Assembly: GCA_041491005.1 (NCBI GenBank)
Contig: JBGPUE010000002.1
Location: 17,218-81,217 of the forward strand
Origin: Candidatus Binataceae bacterium
GTDB lineage: Bacteria > Desulfobacterota > Binatia > Binatales > Binataceae
Direction: 5' to 3'
DNA length: 64,000 bases
Position 1 is the first letter of the stretch. Each line of letters starts with the position of its first letter. A program made the position numbers and the translations under genes. Positions 9,538-20,539 of the stretch are shown here, piece by piece. The notes beneath the pieces were generated by a model that saw nothing but the letters and a program-made list of their open reading frames with translations, was not told the DNA's origin and did no database searches.

Positions 9538-9639
9538 ATGCGTATCAACGTGGAATCCGCCGGCCGTCTGTGGAATGAGAAGCCGTTGCGCTTCTACGAA
9601 CGCGCCAATCGCTATGTCTCGCTCCACCCGCGCGATTGA
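9538..9639 (+). pseudogene. Displaced duplicate of the mpg 3' end (direct repeat copy 2); not an intact gene
   Basis: 102 bp ~88% identical to 5127..5228, encoding the last 33 codons of Mpg plus stop. The upstream frame is fused to an unrelated sequence (ORF 9160..9639 is chimeric). Confidence 0.8.
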
Positions 9640-9672
9640 TCGCCTTCTGAATAACGGCTCGAAGCTTCCCGC

Positions 9673-9692
9673 TGGTGGGAGGTGCAGGGGTC
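9673..9692 (-). repeat. Degenerate second partial copy of the tRNA-Val 3' end
   Basis: tggtgggaggtgcaggggtc matches tggtgggcggtgcagggatc at 18 of 20 positions, in the same orientation. Confidence 0.5.
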
Positions 9693-9733
9693 TAAAATGC
9701 GACCGGCCGAATCCCGGCCATCCAGGCGACCGA

Positions 9734-10159
9734 CTAACTCCGGCTGCGGGCCGACTGAAGTGAACCGGCGCGTGCTCGACGACCTCGGATCGTTCGAGGA
9801 CGACGGTTCGGGTGCCCGCCCGTTGCGCCCGCGCCAGCGGCCAGCAATGCCACAAGCTCCTGATTCAGAGAGACGCCGTCCACTGCGGCAAGGCGTGTAA
9901 GGCGTTCATGAAGGGAACGCGGGAGGCGCAGGCGTAGCTGGCCGGAATGCCCTGAAGTCACATCCGTAGGAGGGACAGCGGAGCCGTGGTGGCGCATCGA
10001 GGCGATGATGGCTCGGGCGGCAATTACTGCCTCACGGGTGGCCTCTTCAGGCCGGTGGCCATGGGCTGCGCATCCCGGCAGCGCGGGTACACGGGCGATA
10101 AAGGCATCATCCTCATCGCTCCACTCCACAACGACACGATATCCGAAAGTCTCTGCCAT
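9734..10159 (-). CDS. hicB: HicB family antitoxin (type II toxin-antitoxin)
   Basis: N-terminal HicB/UPF0150 fold (YRVVVEWSDEDDAFIARVPALPGCAAHGHRPEEATREAVIAARAIIASM) plus a C-terminal RHH-like DNA-binding segment (LRLPRSLHERLTRLAAVDGVSLNQELVALL). Overlaps the hicA stop (ATGA). Confidence 0.75.
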   Translation of the reverse strand: MAETFGYRVVVEWSDEDDAFIARVPALPGCAAHGHRPEEATREAVIAARAIIASMRHHGSAVPPTDVTSGHSGQLRLRLPRSLHERLTRLAAVDGVSLNQELVALLAAGAGATGGHPNRRPRTIRGRRARAGSLQSARSRS

Positions 10160-10416
10160 CAGTCTACCTTGAGTTCATAACTTTCGATGAGTCCCAAGAT
10201 TTGCCGGACCTGGTACGGCTTGGCTTTTCCCGATGCGCCCTCTTGAAGGTTGACAAGCGGCAGATCCGGCCGCGACGGATGCCGATAGATGCGGTGCGAC
10301 CCGCGTTTCCGGTCGAGCACATAGCCCAGATGCAACAGAAGTCCGCACAAGTCGCGAAAGCGGATGTTCGCTGGACTGCGTCGCGCCGTCTCGGCAAGCT
10401 CCGCCCATCGCCCCAC
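10159..10416 (-). CDS. hicA: HicA family mRNA interferase toxin (type II toxin-antitoxin)
   Basis: 85 aa in the YcfA/HicA family (RKRGSHRIYRHPSRPDLPLVNLQEGASGKAKPYQVRQILGLIE), sitting upstream of hicB. Confidence 0.8.
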   Translation of the reverse strand: MGRWAELAETARRSPANIRFRDLCGLLLHLGYVLDRKRGSHRIYRHPSRPDLPLVNLQEGASGKAKPYQVRQILGLIESYELKVD

Positions 10417-10473
10417 CAGCGAGACGATACCGCATATGGAACCACGGCACTAGCCCCGGAGCGGCTCGGCTCC

Positions 10474-10548
10474 TGGTGGGCGGTGCAGGGATCGAACCTG
10501 CGACCCTCGGTGTGTAAGACCGATGCTCTACCGCTGAGCTAACCGCCC
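10474..10548 (-). tRNA. tRNA-Val (anticodon UAC)
   Basis: The reverse complement is GGGCGGTTAGCTCAGCGGTAGAGCATCGGTCTTACACACCGAGGGTCGCAGGTTCGATCCCTGCACCGCCCACCA. It forms a canonical cloverleaf (7-bp acceptor, D and T arms) with a CTTACAC anticodon loop and an encoded CCA, 75 nt in total. Confidence 0.9.
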
Positions 10549-10608
10549 TCGATCGAAACCAGCAACCTGTCGCGCATCAAAGGCGCCTCGGCATCTCGCA
10601 CGGTCGCC

Positions 10609-10647
10609 CGCAAAGCAAAGGCGCGGGCCACTCGCGCGGCCCGCGCC
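10609..10647 (-). terminator. Rho-independent terminator downstream of hup
   Basis: Perfect 10-bp GC stem (ggcgcgggcc / ggcccgcgcc) with an 8-nt loop, followed on the minus strand by TTTGCTTTG. Confidence 0.55.
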
Positions 10648-10673
10648 ATAATCACACCCCGATGCGCGCCGCG

Positions 10674-10976
10674 CTACGCGCTCTGCGCCGCCCCTACCAT
10701 TCCCTCGTTGAGCGTGTCCTTGAGCTGCTTGCCGGGCTTGAACTTGGCCGAACGGCTGGCGGAAATCTGGATCGCGGCGCCGGTCTTGGGATTGCGCCCG
10801 GTGCGCGGCTTGCGCGAGGAGACCGCGAAAGTGCCGAAGCCCGAGATGTTCACGCGGTCGCCAGCCTTCAGTGCCGCGGTGATGTCGTCGAGGATGATGT
10901 TGAGGGTCTTCTCGGCGTCGGTCTTGCTGACGCCAAGCTTGTTGGACAGGGCCTCGATCATGTCGGTCTTGGTCAT
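10674..10976 (-). CDS. hup: HU family DNA-binding protein
   Basis: MTKTDMIEALSNKLGVSKTDAEKTLNIILDDITAALKAGDRVNISGFGTFAVSSRKPRTGRNPKTGAAIQI is the HU/IHF signature. Start set at the MTKTD Met (the ORF-finder start further upstream is unlikely). Confidence 0.85.
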   Translation of the reverse strand: MTKTDMIEALSNKLGVSKTDAEKTLNIILDDITAALKAGDRVNISGFGTFAVSSRKPRTGRNPKTGAAIQISASRSAKFKPGKQLKDTLNEGMVGAAQSA

Positions 10977-11060
10977 CGAATCTCCCCCGATCCGTTGCTG
11001 AGGAACCGATGGGACGGCGCATCGCACCGCCCCGTCAGGCAGGCCTGGCGACGGCGCACC

Positions 11061-13553
<2,493 letters not shown>

Positions 13554-13577
13554 TTTTGAGTCTCGAGGTCCCCTGTG

Positions 13578-14828
<1,251 letters not shown>

Positions 14829-14843
14829 ACTACCTCCGACGGC

Positions 14844-15440
14844 TCACTTCGAGGCGCTCCGATTTACGATTACCTCATCGATCAGTCCGTATTCAACCGC
14901 TTGTTCGGGGCTGAGGAAGTTGTCGCGATCGGTATCCTTCTCCAGCTTGCGCAGGCTTTGGCCGGTGTGATGAGCGTAGATGCTGTTGATCTCTTCACGC
15001 ATCCGCAGAATTTCTCTCGCATGGATCTCGATGTCGGTCGCCTGGCCCTGTGCGCCGCCCAACGGCTGATGAATGATGATGCGCGAATGTGGCAGCGCAT
15101 AGCGCCGCCCCTTGGCGCCCGCCGCGAGCAGCATCGAGCCCATGCTGCCGGCCTGGCCGAGGCAGAGGGTCGAGATAGCCGGCCGGATGAACTGCATCGT
15201 GTCGTAGATCGCCATCCCGGCCGTTACCGATCCGCCGGGTGAATTGATGTAAAAACTGATCTCGCGATCGGGGTCATCCGATTCGAGGAACAGCAGCTGC
15301 GCGGTGATCAGATTGGCGGCGTCGTCGTCGACCTCACCGCTGAGGAAAATGATGCGATCCTTGAGCAGGCGAGAATAGATGTCGTAGGCGCGTTCTCCGC
15401 GGCCGGTTTGCTCAACTACGATCGGAACCAGGCTGCTCAT
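14844..15440 (-). CDS. clpP: ATP-dependent Clp protease proteolytic subunit ClpP
   Basis: 198 aa with the ClpP catalytic-region motifs ([14 protein letters not shown]). Confidence 0.95.
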   Translation of the reverse strand: MSSLVPIVVEQTGRGERAYDIYSRLLKDRIIFLSGEVDDDAANLITAQLLFLESDDPDREISFYINSPGGSVTAGMAIYDTMQFIRPAISTLCLGQAGSMGSMLLAAGAKGRRYALPHSRIIIHQPLGGAQGQATDIEIHAREILRMREEINSIYAHHTGQSLRKLEKDTDRDNFLSPEQAVEYGLIDEVIVNRSASK

Positions 15441-15559
15441 AATGCGGGCAAGCGCGTCCCGACCGTGTCACCGGCGTCGGTCACGCTAGCCAGGTAAAAT
15501 TGTAACTGCTTTGAAAAAATCGGGCAACCGCGCGTCAACCAAGCTGCCCGCGCCTAAGC

Positions 15560-16864
15560 TCAAGCATCGCCTTCGATCTGCGCACGGCTCAACAGCAGAT
15601 CAAGCGTCCGCTCGCGGCGCATCGCGCGGCGCAAGCCCTCGCGATGCTCCTCACCTGCATACAATTTGGCCGCGCGCTCGCGATCGCGGCCCGCCTGCGT
15701 CACCAGCTCCGCGATCTTGCGGCCCAGCGCCTCGTCGTCCACCGCGATTTTCTCCTGTTCCGCGATCGCATCGATGATCAGCGCCGAGCGGGCGCGTTTC
15801 TCGGCGCGTGTGCGGAGATCGTCGCGATTGGCCTGCGCCCGCTCGGCAGCCTGTTCATGCGACATGCCGGCGGCTTCCAGCGCATTGTGAATCTCGGCCT
15901 CGAGCACCTGCTGTTCGTGTGCGACCAGCGAATCCGGAACCTCGATCGGATTGCGCTCGATCACGATATCGAGCAGTCCCTGGCGCACCCGCGCGTCGCC
16001 CTCACGCTTGGCCTGCGCACCGAGGTCGTCGCGGATCCGGACTCGCAGTTCCTCCAGAGTGTCGCACTGGCCCGAATCCTTCGCGAATTCGTCATCGAGA
16101 TTGGGCAGTGCGCGGTAGAAAATATCCTTGACCGTGCCGCGCCATTCGACACTCTTCCCGGCGAGGTCTTTCTCGCTGTAATCGGCCGGGTAGCTGCGCG
16201 GCTTGACGAACGGTTTGCCGACCTCGGCGCCGGCCAGCACTTCATGCAGACCATGCGTCAGAGTCTGATCGGTGACCTGGAGCAGGCGCGATTCGACCTT
16301 CGAGCCGGCGATCGCCTTGCCGCCATCGAACGCTTCGAGCTCGACGATCGCGAAGTCACCTTGCTGGACGGCCGTGCGTCCTTCGACTTTCTTGAGCGGC
16401 GCAAGTCGTTCGCGCAGCCGCTCCAGCGCCGCATCGACGTCCTTGTCGCTGACTTCGATCTTCGGCGCGGGCACCTTGAGGCCCTCGTAGTCCTTGACGG
16501 TGATTTCGGGCTTGACGTCGAAAACCGCGCTGAACTTGAGTGACTTCGAGAGATCCGATTCTTCCGTGACAATCTCGGGATCGACCACCGGGCTCAGCTC
16601 GTGATCCTTGAGCGCTTTCTCGGTCGATTCGCGGATCAGCTTCTGCACCACTTCGGTGCGCACCTGCTCTCCGAAGTAGCGTTCGAGCAGGTTGCGCGGC
16701 GCATGCCCGGGGCGGAAGCCCTTGAGATGAGCATTGCGCCTGAGCTCGTTGTAAGCCGAGTCGAGCTCGTGGCGGATCTCGTCGGGTTCGAGTTCGATGG
16801 TGACTTTGCGCCGGAGCGCGGACGGGGTTTCGATATTTACCTGCATGGCTTGCGAAGCTGACAA
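15560..16864 (-). CDS. tig: Trigger factor
   Basis: 434 aa with a trigger factor N-terminus (MQVNIETPSALRRKVTIELEPDEI) and the PPIase-domain region. Sits in the conserved tig-clpP-clpX-lon-hup order. Confidence 0.9.
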   Translation of the reverse strand: MSASQAMQVNIETPSALRRKVTIELEPDEIRHELDSAYNELRRNAHLKGFRPGHAPRNLLERYFGEQVRTEVVQKLIRESTEKALKDHELSPVVDPEIVTEESDLSKSLKFSAVFDVKPEITVKDYEGLKVPAPKIEVSDKDVDAALERLRERLAPLKKVEGRTAVQQGDFAIVELEAFDGGKAIAGSKVESRLLQVTDQTLTHGLHEVLAGAEVGKPFVKPRSYPADYSEKDLAGKSVEWRGTVKDIFYRALPNLDDEFAKDSGQCDTLEELRVRIRDDLGAQAKREGDARVRQGLLDIVIERNPIEVPDSLVAHEQQVLEAEIHNALEAAGMSHEQAAERAQANRDDLRTRAEKRARSALIIDAIAEQEKIAVDDEALGRKIAELVTQAGRDRERAAKLYAGEEHREGLRRAMRRERTLDLLLSRAQIEGDA

Positions 16865-16950
16865 CTAAACACGGGAGGCGCCAAACAATCAATTCCCCGA
16901 ACCGGCCCGATCGGCGCGTCACGCCGCCGCGCCGGGGCTACAATCGCGGC

Positions 16951-17316
16951 TCAGCGATCGTCCGGGGCGTCGTCGGGTGCTTCGTTCGACGGCGGCGCCA
17001 CGCGATGGGTACCTAGACCGTGGTGCTCGAGGGGTTTGTGCGTCGGCTCGGAAGCCGCCGGGTCGTCCTCGGCTCCTTCGAGTGCGACTCCCTGGTACAG
17101 CGGGCGATACTCCGAGCCGAGGTCGCGGACTCGCGCCGACAACTCGAAGGCCCGGTCGGCCAGCTCGGGCGTCTCCGCGCGTGCCGTTCCGGTCGCTGCT
17201 GTGAGCGCGAGCCCACAGACGAATGCAGCGGACCATCCGAGCGCTGACGCCCGGCTGCATTCGCGACCTCGCGCGTTGTGGGAACGTTCCACCTTCCTCC
17301 GCCTATTATAGCCCAT
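16951..17316 (-). CDS. hypothetical small secreted protein
   Basis: Signal-peptide-like segment (LGWSAAFVCGLALTAATGTARA) followed by an acidic C-terminus. Weak evidence: no clear RBS, and the ORF-finder's longer version is implausible. Confidence 0.25.
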   Translation of the reverse strand: MGYNRRRKVERSHNARGRECSRASALGWSAAFVCGLALTAATGTARAETPELADRAFELSARVRDLGSEYRPLYQGVALEGAEDDPAASEPTHKPLEHHGLGTHRVAPPSNEAPDDAPDDR

Positions 17317-17566
17317 AACAAGCGCGCGTGTTCTTTCAAGCGGCCCCGGGCGGGAGTTTCGATGCGAGTCGGAGTGCCGCTCGGGTTGCGCGATGGAAGC
17401 ACCCGCCTGACATCGCGCGAGCGAAAAACTGATGATGAACGAGCCGGTGCTACCGACGATGGCAGTCGGTATTCTCTGGGTGATTTGGGGGACAGAGATT
17501 CCCGACGAATCTTTGGAACTCAACGAGAGTTAGTGTGAACGCTTCTCTTCGGCGTCGCCGCGAAAG

Positions 17567-18004
17567 CTATTTCGAGGTAACAGGGGGCGTTTGAACGGCA
17601 GGCGGGGTTTGAACGGCTGGTGGGGTTTGAACGGCTGGTGGGGTTTGAACGGCTGGTGGGGTTTGAGCGGCCTTCGCGGTGTTCACCACGTCTCCAACAA
17701 CCCGGATGCATTGCCGGTTGTACAAAATTGTAAGGAGCATGTCGTTGTAGGCGGTGACATTAGTCATCATGTCGCCATCTGGAACCTGGGCTACGGCTCG
17801 ATCTACCGCATCTTGCAGATTCGGATTTAGCGTTCCTATCGGGATAAAGAGCACCATATTGACGCAGTCCTCTCCTGTTACTCCCTGCTGCAAGGGCGGA
17901 TACGTGTAACCGAGATTCTTGGTGGACGCCATCGTGAAACTACCCAAGCGAAGAGAACAACCTCCGACTACGAGAGTCAAAACCACCAGGCAGAGCTGTT
18001 TCAT
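17567..18004 (-). CDS. Lipoprotein of unknown function carrying a C-terminal (AVQTPP)x5 tandem repeat
   Basis: Lipobox LVVGGC. A conserved core (GEDC...NPNLQDAVDRAVAQVPDGDMM...C.RVVGDVV) is shared with the adjacent paralog. The C-terminal repeats are encoded by 18-bp tandem units. Confidence 0.6.
   Translation of the reverse strand: MKQLCLVVLTLVVGGCSLRLGSFTMASTKNLGYTYPPLQQGVTGEDCVNMVLFIPIGTLNPNLQDAVDRAVAQVPDGDMMTNVTAYNDMLLTILYNRQCIRVVGDVVNTAKAAQTPPAVQTPPAVQTPPAVQTPPAVQTPPVTSK
17589..17675 (-). repeat. Coding tandem repeat of ~5 x 18 bp (ggggtttgaacggctggt)
   Basis: Directly visible as a tandem repeat and in frame within the lipoprotein gene (AVQTPP units). It is not a CRISPR: units are contiguous with no spacers. 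Confidence 0.85.
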
Positions 18005-18390
18005 GGCCGTACTATCCCCGCGCCCGGCGTCTGAGCAATTTTGACCACATCTCCCTTAACCCGGAAGCACTCGCTACTCCCCAAGATGTAGAAAGTCGGG
18101 TCGTCGTAGAGCGCGACATTCGCCATGGCGTCGCCTTCTGGCAGCTGTGCCATGGCGCGATCGATAGCCTCCTGCAAGTTGGGAACGAGGCTGCCGCTGA
18201 CGGGAAGTCCGAGAACCGTATAGATGCAATCGGTACCCTCGACTTCACGGCCGAGGGGCTTGGAAGGAATGTTAACGTTGTGTGTAGCCAGTGCGGTCAT
18301 CGTGCCCATATTGAACGAGCACCCCGCAGCCGCACACGCTGCACCAAGATAGACTAGGCACGCTAGCCGGGACCTATTCACTCGCGACAC
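18001..18390 (-). CDS. Paralogous lipoprotein of unknown function (no tandem repeat)
   Basis: Lipobox AAAGC. Shares GTDC...PNLQEAIDRAMAQLPEGDAM...C.RVKGDVV with the neighbour. The GTG start at 18390 is preceded by a G-rich SD-like run; the exact start is uncertain. Confidence 0.5.
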   Translation of the reverse strand: MSRVNRSRLACLVYLGAACAAAGCSFNMGTMTALATHNVNIPSKPLGREVEGTDCIYTVLGLPVSGSLVPNLQEAIDRAMAQLPEGDAMANVALYDDPTFYILGSSECFRVKGDVVKIAQTPGAGIVRP

Positions 18391-18650
18391 TTTCTGGGAG
18401 CCCCCCCACAGCTTTTGACGGGTTCTCTCTTCGGAGCCCGTTGAGCGGGAGGTACAGGATGGAGCCTCAATTTGCAAGCTTGGGAGCGAAAAAGACAGGC
18501 GCCTCTGGCCGGCGCGCCGCCTTCATCGCGAGTACGATCCCCGCGATGACCGAGTCGTCGACGGCTCTAGCGGGCATCGCGGTCGGGTCTCAACATCCGA
18601 ACGCTCTCCTCTGGCGTGTGCAGGCGGAGCGCTTCGTGCCGGGTTTGGGA

Positions 18651-18783
18651 TGTCATTCTGAGCGGAGCGAAGGCATCGCCGGAGCGAAGTCGAAGAATCT
18701 ACGCGAAGCGATTTTCTGCCTGTCTGCGAACGGGTTCCAGGCAAATCGCTCCGCGTAGATCCTTCGCTGCGCTCAGGATGACA
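18651..18783. mobile_element. MITE/REP-like palindromic element (~133 bp) with imperfect ~40-bp terminal inverted repeats
   Basis: Left arm tgtcattctgagcggagcgaagg...gaagaatctacgcgaagcgatttt. Right arm aaatcgctccgcgtagatccttcgctgcgctcaggatgaca, which is its reverse complement apart from one ~21-bp indel. The same core recurs at 26256..26361 and 53808..53906. Confidence 0.6.
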
Positions 18784-18832
18784 AGAGAGCCGGGTCGCGT
18801 AGAGTTCATCAAGTTAATTGCGGGACGCCACG

Positions 18833-19633
18833 CTAGCGGCCCTTGAAGTTCGGCTTGCGCTTGTCGCGGAATGCGCGCATGCCCTCGCGCACGTCCTCGC
18901 TGGGATTGGTGATCTGCACGTTGAGTGCCGCGTCTTCCAGCGCATCGGCCAGCGTCATGGTGCGCTGCTTGTACATCATCCGCTTGGCGCACCGGATCGC
19001 CAGCGGCGGCCCATCGGCGAGCCGCTGCGCGAAGTCATTGACCCGCGCGTCCAATTCGGCGTGAGCCACGACTTCAGTCACGAGGCCTAACTCGCAGGCC
19101 TGGCGCGCGTCATAGACCTCGGAGAGCAGCGACATCTTGAGCGCCCGATCCATCCCCATCGCGCGCGGGAAGAACCATGCGCCGCCTTCGTCGGGCAGTA
19201 GCGCGAACTTGAGCGAAGTGTCGCCCAGCCGTGCCTGGTCCGATGCGATGCGGAAATCGCAGCACAGTGCCAGCGTCAGGCCGCCTGCCACCGCCGCGCC
19301 GTTGATCGATGCGATCACCGGCTTGTCGAAGCGGTTGAGCGAGAGCACCAGCTGATGGAAGTTCTCGCGCATCTCGAGCAGATGCTCCATCGGATGGCCC
19401 TCGAAGCGCGAGCGGCTCTCCGGATTGCCGCTGATATCGCCGCCGGCGCAGAACGCACGCCCGCTACCGCCGATGATCAACACGCGGATCGCGTCGCTCA
19501 GCCGCGCGTCGTCGATCGCGGCCAGCATCTCATGCACCATCGCGCCGTGATAACCGTTCATCGTGCGCGGGCTATTGAGCGCGATGCGCGCGATCGCGCC
19601 TTGCTTGTCGAACAAGATGTACTTGAAATCCAT
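18833..19633 (-). CDS. Enoyl-CoA hydratase/isomerase (crotonase) family protein
   Basis: Crotonase fold motifs (IALNSPRTMNGY..., FCAGGDISG). Start set at the MDFKYILFD Met. Confidence 0.8.
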   Translation of the reverse strand: MDFKYILFDKQGAIARIALNSPRTMNGYHGAMVHEMLAAIDDARLSDAIRVLIIGGSGRAFCAGGDISGNPESRSRFEGHPMEHLLEMRENFHQLVLSLNRFDKPVIASINGAAVAGGLTLALCCDFRIASDQARLGDTSLKFALLPDEGGAWFFPRAMGMDRALKMSLLSEVYDARQACELGLVTEVVAHAELDARVNDFAQRLADGPPLAIRCAKRMMYKQRTMTLADALEDAALNVQITNPSEDVREGMRAFRDKRKPNFKGR

Positions 19634-19676
19634 TGCCGCGTTGCTCCCTGCGAAGGACTCGGCGATCCGTTTGCGC

Positions 19677-20492
19677 TCAGCGTCCCTGGAACTTCGGCTC
19701 GCGTTTCTCCACAAATGCCTTGGCGGCTTCGCGATGGTCTTGCGTGCGGCCGGTCAATGACTGGCCGAGCGCCTCGCGATCGAGGATGGCCGCGAGGTTG
19801 GAGTTCAGCGCCGCATTCAGATTGGCCTTCATATACGAGTAGGCGATTTGCGGCCCCGCCGCGATACGCATCGCGAGCTTCTCGACTTCTTCTTTGAACG
19901 ATGCCGCCGGGACGACGCGGTTGACCAGTCCGATCCGCAGCGCCTCCTGTGCATCGAACACGTCGGCCATGAAATAGAGCTCGCGCGCCTTGGCCGATCC
20001 AACCAGCCGGGTGAGCAGGTAGGTGCCGCCGAAGTCGCCCGAAAAGCCGACCTTGGCGAACGCGGTGCCGAAGCGCGCCACGTCCGACGCGATGCGAACA
20101 TCGCATGCCATCGCGAGGCTCAGGCCCGCGCCTGCCGCGGGGCCGTTGACCGCCGCGATCGTCACCTTGGGCATTTCGTAGAGCAGCGCGCTGGCCTGTT
20201 CGGAGCGCCGCAGCCGGCTAACGCTCTCTTCCAGCGAGGGCGGCGGCGCGGCGCCTGTCTGCGCCTGCGTGTTGGCCTGATTCATGCCGCCGACGTCGCC
20301 GCCGGCGCAGAAGCCGCGGCCCGCACCGGTGAGCACGACCGCGCGCACTTGGGGGTCAGCCGAAGCGCGCGTCAGCTCCTCCAGCATCGCGGGCATCATC
20401 TCATTGCTCATCGCGTTGAGCTTTTCGGGCCGGTTCATCGTGAGGGTCAGTACCCCGTTGCGCAGTTCGCTCAGTAGATGATCGGTGGCCAT
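19677..20492 (-). CDS. Enoyl-CoA hydratase/isomerase (crotonase) family protein, tandem paralog
   Basis: LTLTMNRPEKLNAM...FCAGGDVGG oxyanion-hole motif, 271 aa. Confidence 0.8.
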   Translation of the reverse strand: MATDHLLSELRNGVLTLTMNRPEKLNAMSNEMMPAMLEELTRASADPQVRAVVLTGAGRGFCAGGDVGGMNQANTQAQTGAAPPPSLEESVSRLRRSEQASALLYEMPKVTIAAVNGPAAGAGLSLAMACDVRIASDVARFGTAFAKVGFSGDFGGTYLLTRLVGSAKARELYFMADVFDAQEALRIGLVNRVVPAASFKEEVEKLAMRIAAGPQIAYSYMKANLNAALNSNLAAILDREALGQSLTGRTQDHREAAKAFVEKREPKFQGR

Positions 20493-20539
20493 GGTTTCCT
20501 CCGTAGTACGATCCTAATTAAAGTGTCACTTGAGATTCG

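Noticed and set aside
9160-9639. 159-aa ORF ending in the mpg-like C-terminus
   Set aside because: Chimeric: the first 125 codons are an alternative frame of the 3' end of the giant lipoprotein gene and the partial tRNA copy. Only the last 33 codons match Mpg. Interpreted as a displaced 3' fragment, not a gene.
17589-17675. Short direct repeats that might be taken for a CRISPR array
   Set aside because: Units are contiguous 18-mers with no spacers, lie in frame inside a lipoprotein gene and encode (AVQTPP)n. No cas genes anywhere in the window.
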